From a virus: a stretch of DNA of 38,396 bases. Both the position numbers and the translations under genes were made by a program. Under the pieces are notes generated by a model, which worked only from the letters and a program-made list of their open reading frames with translations, did not search any database and was not told the DNA's origin. Positions 33,262-38,396 of the stretch are shown one piece after another. Positions within the stretch are counted from its first letter, which is position 1, and the number at the start of each line of letters is the position of its first letter. Location of the stretch: positions 1 through 38,396 of the IMG/VR virus record IMGVR_UViG_3300022751_000013; one strand, given 5' to 3'.

Positions 33262-33597
33262 ATGTCAGATAAACCAGTAAACAATCAAGATCCGAGCACA
33301 GGTCATACAAAAGATACCTATGATGATACAGCGGTATATTTATCAAGCGAGTTAAGAAGTAATGCCAACCATACAATAGGTTCAATCCTAACAGTGCTAG
33401 AGGCTGTTATGACTGACACAAAACAATTAGAGGCTACGAAGTCACTAATTCGTAAAGAGTTGTTCTTAATGGTCGATAGGAACCAAGGGCGTGTATACGA
33501 GCGAGCTAATATGCAGCGTAGTGGATTAACACCAAAAGCATACATTGAGTTTAAAGATCAAAACGGTGAGTATGAGGCTCACTCTATTCAACAATAA
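33262..33597 (+). CDS. Hypothetical protein, one of only two plus-strand genes.
   Basis: 111-aa ORF with an AGGAGAAAAAGTC RBS. No motif recognised. Confidence 0.65.
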   Translation: MSDKPVNNQDPSTGHTKDTYDDTAVYLSSELRSNANHTIGSILTVLEAVMTDTKQLEATKSLIRKELFLMVDRNQGRVYERANMQRSGLTPKAYIEFKDQNGEYEAHSIQQ

Positions 33598-33780
33598 ATA
33601 ATCCCTTGGCTGGGGTTGTAATGGTATAATAAGAATTACTCTGCATGAGTGTACATGTCATCACACCGTTTAATGTGCGGGAAGTGATCGTATTAAGAGC
33701 CTTTAATTAGGTTCTTTCTATTTATGATATACTCTAACTACATAAGAAACGTACATGATGACTGGTAAAGCGAAGTCATA

Positions 33781-33830
33781 AGAGGCGAGAGTTGGTATTT
33801 ATTTACCCTAGAACTCCCAGCCTCTTTTTA
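33781..33830 (+). terminator. Long imperfect hairpin followed by a U5 tract, a plus-strand terminator candidate.
   Basis: Paired segments 33781-86/33820-25, 33789-93/33812-16 and 33794-97/33804-07, followed by TTTTT. Confidence 0.45.
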
Positions 33831-33875
33831 TATTGTAAGTACTAACGGAATAGAGTACGATAGTAACAACCGAAA

Positions 33876-33889
33876 TGACCTTCTAATGC
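33876..33889. repeat. 14-bp direct repeat TGACCTTCTAATGC, copy 1.
   Basis: Identical to 33949-33962. The two copies flank the minus-strand terminator. Confidence 0.85.
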
Positions 33890-33920
33890 AGAAAAGTCAG
33901 AGTAAGGGGTAAACTTGAAC

Positions 33921-33947
33921 AAAGAAAAACCCACCTATTACAGTGGG
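33921..33947 (-). terminator. Rho-independent terminator on the minus strand: CCCAC-N8-GUGGG followed by UUUUUCUUU.
   Basis: Stem 33930-34/33943-47. The plus-strand A-run 33921-29 reads as a U-tract on the minus strand. Confidence 0.55.
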
Positions 33948-33963
33948 CTGACCTTCTAATGCT
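33922..33963 (-). ncRNA. Candidate ~42-nt small RNA: a 14-nt single-stranded 5' end plus the terminator hairpin.
   Basis: The promoter at 33996..33970 places the start at ~33963. The transcript begins with GCAUUAGAAGGUCA (repeat copy 2) and ends at the terminator. Confidence 0.4.
33949..33962. repeat. 14-bp direct repeat TGACCTTCTAATGC, copy 2.
   Basis: Identical to 33876-33889. Confidence 0.85.
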
Positions 33964-33969
33964 ATTTAA

Positions 33970-33996
33970 ATTATAGCATAACCGTTTGATTTGCAA
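33970..33996 (-). promoter_or_regulatory. Minus-strand promoter: TTGCAA-15-TATAAT with an extended TG.
   Basis: The -35 is at 33996..33991 and the -10 at 33975..33970, with TGc immediately upstream. The 15-nt spacer is short. Confidence 0.45.
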
Positions 33997-34050
33997 ATAC
34001 TATTTATTGGGTTGTTTGTGAGCCAACCAGAAAATAAAACCACACTTAGG

Positions 34051-34115
34051 GTTATAGGCTTTAAGAACTCCCGCTCTGACTGCCCTGTCAACGGGGACTC
34101 TAATAAGCCTATAAC
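34051..34115. repeat. Perfect 11-bp inverted repeat (GTTATAGGCTT / AAGCCTATAAC) enclosing a 43-nt G+C-rich insert that can form sub-hairpins.
   Basis: Arms at 34051-61 and 34105-15, read directly. The strand and function are unresolved. Confidence 0.6.
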
Positions 34116-34300
34116 GGTAGACTCTTACTTCTCTATCAAGGGACAATCAAAGGATACGACTATAGCTAGTTAAGTATCGGGTTCAGAAGTAACAGTAGTA
34201 AATAGCCAATCAATGCGTTGTTGCTCGCTTTAGAGGGACAGAGGGTTCTATGGGTGTTATAATTAACCCGTACATAAAACACCTTTAAGGAGATCATTAC

Positions 34301-34474
34301 ATGACATTACTACTTACGTTCATACTTACCTTTGTACTTGGATACACTGGTACACACTACACATTATCAAGCTGGGGCGTTAAGCAGCCCGTTACTATCG
34401 CTGTTGGTGTAATTTTAGGTGTATTAGCATCTATCTTTGCAACGTTGGCTGTAGCGCCTCTATTGGCGGTATAG
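34301..34474 (+). CDS. Small two-TM membrane protein (57 aa) with a moron-like arrangement.
   Basis: Hand-translated as MTLLLTFILTFVLGYTG...VTIAVGVILGVLASIFATLAVAPLLAV. TAAGGAGA RBS. It is followed by a terminator. Confidence 0.6.
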   Translation: MTLLLTFILTFVLGYTGTHYTLSSWGVKQPVTIAVGVILGVLASIFATLAVAPLLAV

Positions 34475-34544
34475 TGGCTGACGAATACTTGTCATAGTAA
34501 AATAGTTACGGTGTTAAGTCATCTAACCGCTTGTATAAGTAAAG

Positions 34545-34583
34545 GACAAAAAAGCCCCGTATTTAGCGGGGTAGTTCTTTTTT
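34545..34583. terminator. Bidirectional rho-independent terminator between convergent units.
   Basis: GC stem 34555-59/34567-71, flanked by an A-run on the 5' side and a T-run on the 3' side, so it works on both strands. Confidence 0.65.
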
Positions 34584-34620
34584 GTTGGCAAAAGGTTTCA
34601 AATCTTCTTTGACAATATTA

Positions 34621-34809
34621 TTATACCTTAGCTATTTCCATTTCACCAGCTTCATGTCTCATATACAGTTCAAAGGCGATCAAGCCTAATTCAGATTGTA
34701 CCTGGGCTTTTCGTTCTTTATTAAGGTAGTTGCCACGTATTGCAGCAGACAATTCTTTACCTCGTGTATCCAGACGTTCTAAACTCATCTCGATATAGTT
34801 CTCACTCAT
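34621..34809 (-). CDS. Hypothetical protein.
   Basis: 62-aa ORF with a 4-nt overlap with the upstream gene. It is the last gene before the terminator. Confidence 0.55.
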   Translation of the reverse strand: MSENYIEMSLERLDTRGKELSAAIRGNYLNKERKAQVQSELGLIAFELYMRHEAGEMEIAKV

Positions 34810-35174
34810 GCTACAAACGTCCTTTCATTTAACGCTTCTTGCAAGAATGGCTTTTGAAGGTCAATTGCATGTAGGGTTAATTCAGCCATAGATCGCTCTA
34901 CTGGGTGTGTTTGAGGGTGTTTAGTTCCCTTGTCTATACTTATCTGGAGTAATTCAATATCATGCATGGTATTTCCTATAGGCTGGAAGGTACGTATAAC
35001 GCGCTGTAACGCATGAAAACCTAAAACTGGTATGATTGGACACTCAGCATGTATTTCGTTGTGTGTGACTCTCTCAATGCGCGGTACAAGACTAGGTGTT
35101 TCCCTTAAATAGCGTGATTCTAAACGTGTTGACCAACTCACTCTATCCCACAGTAGGTGATGCTGATCTCGCAT
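34806..35174 (-). CDS. Hypothetical protein with His-rich, HNH-like spacing (uncertain).
   Basis: 122-aa ORF. DQHHLLWDR...RVTHNEIHA is only loosely reminiscent of a His-Me finger. Confidence 0.5.
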   Translation of the reverse strand: MRDQHHLLWDRVSWSTRLESRYLRETPSLVPRIERVTHNEIHAECPIIPVLGFHALQRVIRTFQPIGNTMHDIELLQISIDKGTKHPQTHPVERSMAELTLHAIDLQKPFLQEALNERTFVA

Positions 35175-35175
35175 T

Positions 35176-35349
35176 TCAGTCTAAACCATTCCAAGCGGGC
35201 ATATCCACTGTGCCTAAAGAAAAAAGAACACTCGCACGACGGGCTAGCTCCATCTGTACGAGCGAACGGGCTTCCTGATACTCACCACCTTCAGCTTCCG
35301 TAAGAATACGGTTAAGGTCTGATTCTGGTATAGATCGCATGAGTTCCAT
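35176..35349 (-). CDS. Hypothetical ORF (57 aa), predicted to be leaderless or nearly so.
   Basis: Hand-translated. There is no SD, and the ATG lies 10 nt after the -10 of the 35388..35360 promoter. Confidence 0.4.
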   Translation of the reverse strand: MELMRSIPESDLNRILTEAEGGEYQEARSLVQMELARRASVLFSLGTVDMPAWNGLD

Positions 35350-35359
35350 AGTTAATGAA

Positions 35360-35388
35360 ACTATACGCTTATGCTATTGGTTTATCAA
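35360..35388 (-). promoter_or_regulatory. Sigma70-like promoter: TTGATA-17-TATAGT.
   Basis: The -35 is at 35388..35383 and the -10 at 35365..35360, with a 17-nt spacer. The spacer contains the CGCTTATG core in inverted orientation. Confidence 0.55.
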
Positions 35389-35390
35389 GC

Positions 35391-35639
35391 TTATTTTAAT
35401 TCCCTAGTCTCTACAACTAAACTCGCACTGTTTGAATCACCCGCACCTGCTGAACCAATACTTGTCAGAACAGATAGAAGTGCTCCAAGTCCTGAAATAC
35501 TTAGTATCTGTACATAGTTAAGATCAAGCAATCCAAGTACCCCAGAGGCGATAATAGTTGCTCCTGCTACTTGTGCAAAGGTCTTCACCGCTCTCTCAGC
35601 GAGGTCAACCCAGAATGTCTTTGATGTAAATGCGCTCAT
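35391..35639 (-). CDS. Holin.
   Basis: 82-aa ORF with two hydrophobic segments and a charged C-terminus. Its start overlaps the endolysin gene's stop. Confidence 0.65.
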   Translation of the reverse strand: MSAFTSKTFWVDLAERAVKTFAQVAGATIIASGVLGLLDLNYVQILSISGLGALLSVLTSIGSAGAGDSNSASLVVETRELK

Positions 35640-36337
35640 TATTTAATCCTCCTATAAACTGTTACTTCTTCATATTCGCTAGATTCCTGCGCTTCTAGTT
35701 CTTTGATGCGCTCTAAAGCCATAACATAATTATGGTTTAGTGCCCCATAGTTTGCGATCTTATCGTTCTGGACTTTCCATTCTTCACCTTCGCGGAACCT
35801 TTTAAGAACTTCACCCGCGTTCTGACCTACGAGTGGTCGCCACACTTGGTCATTCTCTGGTTCACGGTGTAATGTTGCCCTGTATACTTCTTTTGCTCCT
35901 TCTCCGTCTAACATAGTGTCTCCTTTTAATCTTAATGCGCCTAAATAACCTTGTGGAAAGAAATCGTTAATTGAAACTTTGAGGCTTCCGTTATAGTTCT
36001 GGTTGAGTATTCTTCCTTTGTACCAGATACCATCGTGACCCTCTTTGCCAGTGAAACTACCAGGATCATCGCCCCATACAGCAATATCGCCGTCACGCTC
36101 TTTTCCTTTCGGAATACGATCAAATAAAGCAAGAACTTTAGGGTTAGTCCACCAGTCTACAGCATTGCCCCATACCTCTGATTTTATAGCTAGTACAGCC
36201 TCGCAATATTGGCGGCAATACGATGCACATTGCCCTTTAAACGTACCTTTATTTCGTTCCATTACAGGTGGTGGCGTCCCGTATGTTCCACCAAGGGTTT
36301 GTGCAGCGAATGAATCTAAGTCTAATCCTATAGCCAT
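35639..36337 (-). CDS. Endolysin with an N-terminal CHAP-type amidase/peptidase domain.
   Basis: 232-aa ORF. FKGQCASYCRQY (Cys), GHDGIWY (His) and NQN have the spacing typical of CHAP domains. It is adjacent to the holin gene. Confidence 0.7.
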   Translation of the reverse strand: MAIGLDLDSFAAQTLGGTYGTPPPVMERNKGTFKGQCASYCRQYCEAVLAIKSEVWGNAVDWWTNPKVLALFDRIPKGKERDGDIAVWGDDPGSFTGKEGHDGIWYKGRILNQNYNGSLKVSINDFFPQGYLGALRLKGDTMLDGEGAKEVYRATLHREPENDQVWRPLVGQNAGEVLKRFREGEEWKVQNDKIANYGALNHNYVMALERIKELEAQESSEYEEVTVYRRIK

Positions 36338-36344
36338 ATAGCTC

Positions 36345-37052
36345 CTATCTACAAAGCAGTTTAATGCCTAGTAGGTTAATTGTGCAAGTCTGTGCAGGTT
36401 CGACAGGCGTTGCTGGTTGAGCGTTTCTGACAGGCTGTGGAGTCGGTTCTCTGAATGGAACTTGAACTGCCTGAGGTATAGGAATACTTATGGTATTAAC
36501 GACAGTTGGGTTTTGTTTACTCTTTAGTTGCCCGTTAAGTTCATCAATCTTCTGGTTTAGTGTAAACAATTGGTTCGCAAAGTCTGGTTTTGTAATCTGA
36601 AAGTATTCGCTTTCAACCTGTACCGTAATCTTGCGCATATTGAATAAGTAATACCTCACCTTAACCAAGAGCTTATACTCACCTGGAGGAGTACTAGAGT
36701 CTATAGGAAGTTTAATTGGATCAGATGTGCGACAACCAGCATCTTGTAGGGTTTCGTCAGTAGGGTTGCCAGATAGCTCTACGGGATTAATGAGAGTCTT
36801 ATCTTTAGGTATTAAGAATCGTTCAATCTCTCGAGGCACTCCTTTTCCAACATTTTGACAGTATTCGTTTGTGTACTCAAGAACCCCACCTACTTGCACA
36901 CCATCATTGACATTAACGTTCTTAAACTTAGCTACATCAAATGGAAATGTAAAGAATAGCACTAGCGAGGCTATGGCGATAATTACAGTGGCACTCAATA
37001 TTGTTGCAAGATGTTTCCAAAGAAAGTTGATAACTGCTCTTAATATTTTCAT
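36345..37052 (-). CDS. N-terminally anchored membrane protein of unknown function.
   Basis: 235-aa ORF with the TM segment ILSATVIIAIASLVLFFTF and a Pro-rich C-terminus. Confidence 0.55.
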   Translation of the reverse strand: MKILRAVINFLWKHLATILSATVIIAIASLVLFFTFPFDVAKFKNVNVNDGVQVGGVLEYTNEYCQNVGKGVPREIERFLIPKDKTLINPVELSGNPTDETLQDAGCRTSDPIKLPIDSSTPPGEYKLLVKVRYYLFNMRKITVQVESEYFQITKPDFANQLFTLNQKIDELNGQLKSKQNPTVVNTISIPIPQAVQVPFREPTPQPVRNAQPATPVEPAQTCTINLLGIKLLCR

Positions 37053-37456
37053 TTTATAGTCCCTTTAATAGTTGGGTACAACGTGAAGATTCCGAATATA
37101 ATCAATGCAATTATACCGATAGCCAGTGCTAATGCTAGTATACCCCCTATTTTACCGAATACGCCATTACCCGTTTTGAGAAAACCTTTGTTAACAAGTA
37201 CTGTATCTTCCTTAACCTGTTCGATTGTTGGTTTAAATTCAGCACGAACGTCTTTTAGCTTTTGTTCTATTTCATCTCTAATTTCACGCATTTCTCTTTC
37301 AAAGTCGGTGATAGTTACAAAAGCAAACTTATCCATGCGTTCAAGGATTGTTTTTTGATTAGTAGCCATATCGCGCTTCATTGTCTTAATGTCGCCCTTA
37401 ATAAGACCTACATCAAGTTTCAGCTCTTGGATGTCCTCACCCTGTCTAGTTGCCAC
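37049..37456 (-). CDS. XhlA-like lysis-associated membrane protein: coiled-coil N-terminus with a C-terminal TM segment.
   Basis: 135-aa ORF. Its architecture and its position upstream of the endolysin and holin genes resemble PBSX XhlA, as I recall it. Confidence 0.45.
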   Translation of the reverse strand: MATRQGEDIQELKLDVGLIKGDIKTMKRDMATNQKTILERMDKFAFVTITDFEREMREIRDEIEQKLKDVRAEFKPTIEQVKEDTVLVNKGFLKTGNGVFGKIGGILALALAIGIIALIIFGIFTLYPTIKGTIK

Positions 37457-37895
37457 TTGGACACTCCAGGCGATATTCAGAACATCTGACTAATACATTC
37501 CATCCACGCAAATTTGATAGCTTTGTCTCTATATCGTATGTATCAGAATTTACTTGAATCTCTTGGGTTGGTGCATTTTCACCATTGACTCCGTCTTTAC
37601 CAGGTGTACCCATGAGTGGTACTTCCTTAATAACAGTTTGTGTTGTAACAAAGCTAATAGAGTTTATACCAGCCTTGCCATTATCACCGTCACGATAATC
37701 AATACCCTTAACAGGTGTACGACCATCTTTTCCTACGTATACAATAGGCTCTTTTGGGATAGATTGTATCTTGTTTTGTATAGACGCAATTGAATCGTTA
37801 GTGTGAAGGTTATTTAGTAGTGATACAAGATTTAATAGAACAAGGAAACCTATAAGCGATATAAGAATCTTGTTCTTCATCTTTAGTTGCCCCAT
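37446..37895 (-). CDS. N-terminally anchored protein with short collagen-like G-x-y stretches.
   Basis: 149-aa ORF with the TM segment ILISLIGFLVLLNLVSLL, plus GKDGRTPVKG and GTPGKDGVNGENAP. Confidence 0.5.
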   Translation of the reverse strand: MGQLKMKNKILISLIGFLVLLNLVSLLNNLHTNDSIASIQNKIQSIPKEPIVYVGKDGRTPVKGIDYRDGDNGKAGINSISFVTTQTVIKEVPLMGTPGKDGVNGENAPTQEIQVNSDTYDIETKLSNLRGWNVLVRCSEYRLECPSGN

Positions 37896-38230
37896 TCAAA
37901 AAATGCAGCTGGCATTGAAGGAGAGATCGTATTAGTTGTGATGTTAAATACCAGGTTATTTCCACTAAAGCCCGTGTGTGTACCTTCATAAACAATTGCT
38001 CCCGAAGTATCTTTAATTCTAAAAAACTTAGTAGTATTTAGAGCTTCATTCGGTGCAGAATAACTATTTTGATAAGCACCTGTACCGTAAGAATACCCTA
38101 TAAAATCTTTGTAGAAAGGACTCTTGAGTGTAACCCTACACCAAGTCATGCCAGTCATGCTGACACCCATATTGATAGATTTCGATCCAGTGCCTGATGG
38201 TAAACTTGCACTTCCGCCGTCTGATGCCAT
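37883..38230 (-). CDS. Hypothetical protein, fiber-associated by position.
   Basis: 115-aa ORF. AAGGAG RBS directly after the stop of the junction-spanning fiber gene. Confidence 0.55.
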   Translation of the reverse strand: MASDGGSASLPSGTGSKSINMGVSMTGMTWCRVTLKSPFYKDFIGYSYGTGAYQNSYSAPNEALNTTKFFRIKDTSGAIVYEGTHTGFSGNNLVFNITTNTISPSMPAAFFEWGN

Positions 38231-38240
38231 AGTGTTCTCC

Positions 38241-38396
38241 TTATAGAGGTATTACTGCTAGAGAACGATCTGCGAAAGTTCCCGTACCAGCGCTTACCTG
38301 ATATTTTAATGTAAATGTTGTTGCACCAGGAGTTAGTCCTGTAAGCAAATGCGTACGAGATGCTCCAAGGTCTTCGTTACCTGCTGATGTTTTATT
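38241..38396 (-). CDS. 3' end of the junction-spanning fiber-like gene. Bases 38270-38396 duplicate bases 1-127.
   Basis: The frame from base 1 continues ...FADRSLAVIPL and ends at TAA 38243..38241. Confidence 0.6.
   Translation of the reverse strand, partial: NKTSAGNEDLGASRTHLLTGLTPGATTFTLKYQVSAGTGTFADRSLAVIPL
38270..38396. repeat. Terminal direct repeat copy 2, identical to 1..127.
   Basis: Read directly. Confidence 0.95.

Noticed and set aside
34241-34292. A preQ1-I-like riboswitch, suggested by the AGAGGGUUCUA... stretch, an A-rich tail and an adjacent SD.
   Set aside because: The 3' strand of P1 does not match the preQ1-I consensus, and the loop is far longer. A good extended -10 promoter also sits inside the putative aptamer. 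It is reported only as a possible pseudoknot.
1-38396. CRISPR arrays, tRNA or tmRNA genes, rRNA, transposase or IS elements, and integrase with att sites.
   Set aside because: I saw no regularly spaced repeats, no cloverleaf or T-loop (GGTTCGAAT-type) signatures, and no recombinase-like ORF while reading either strand. A tRNAscan or Infernal run would be the proper confirmation.

Overview
The window appears to be one complete tailed-phage genome of about 38.27 kb. Bases 1-127 are repeated exactly at 38270-38396, and one minus-strand ORF reads across that junction, so the contig closes into a circle. Nearly all genes run leftward on the minus strand and are tightly packed, with many ATGA or TAATG start/stop overlaps.

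Reading in the direction of transcription, the layout is:
- 38.2->35.4 kb: fiber-associated and membrane proteins, then a lysis cassette with an XhlA-like protein, a CHAP endolysin and a holin.
- 35.35->34.6 kb: a three-gene unit with its own promoter.
- 34.6->32.9 kb: a largely non-coding regulatory hub. It holds the only two plus-strand genes, several sigma70-like promoters, terminators on both strands and candidate small RNAs.
- 32.85->20.9 kb: about 50 small early genes. They include an ERF-type annealase, a NinG/Rap-like protein, an Rpf-like transglycosylase domain, two HNH homing endonucleases and many tiny membrane or hypothetical proteins.
- 20.9->0 kb: the morphogenesis module. Its order is small and large terminase, portal, scaffold, capsid, fibers, internal virion proteins including a 1366-aa giant, and tail proteins.

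The strong GGAG-type ribosome-binding sites, CHAP endolysin, XhlA-like protein and Rpf-like domain point to a Gram-positive host.

I recognised no DNA polymerase, primase/helicase, integrase, repressor, tRNA or CRISPR array.

The most unusual content is two ORF-free blocks of about 420 nt each (27543-27966 and 29225-29645). Both show dense nested helices and, on the minus strand, GAAA and UUCG tetraloops, so they are candidate large structured RNAs of unknown class.

Other points worth a second look:
- an NAD-binding ADP-ribosyltransferase-fold segment (Tpt1/KptA-like or diphtheria-toxin-like) inside the giant virion protein;
- an exactly conserved 14-nt promoter-associated motif present in four copies plus one variant;
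- promoter-to-terminator small-RNA units;
- a possible -1 frameshift, or homopolymer error, that would fuse a membrane anchor to the transglycosylase domain.

All functional calls rest on motifs I recognise by eye and on gene order. No database search was run.
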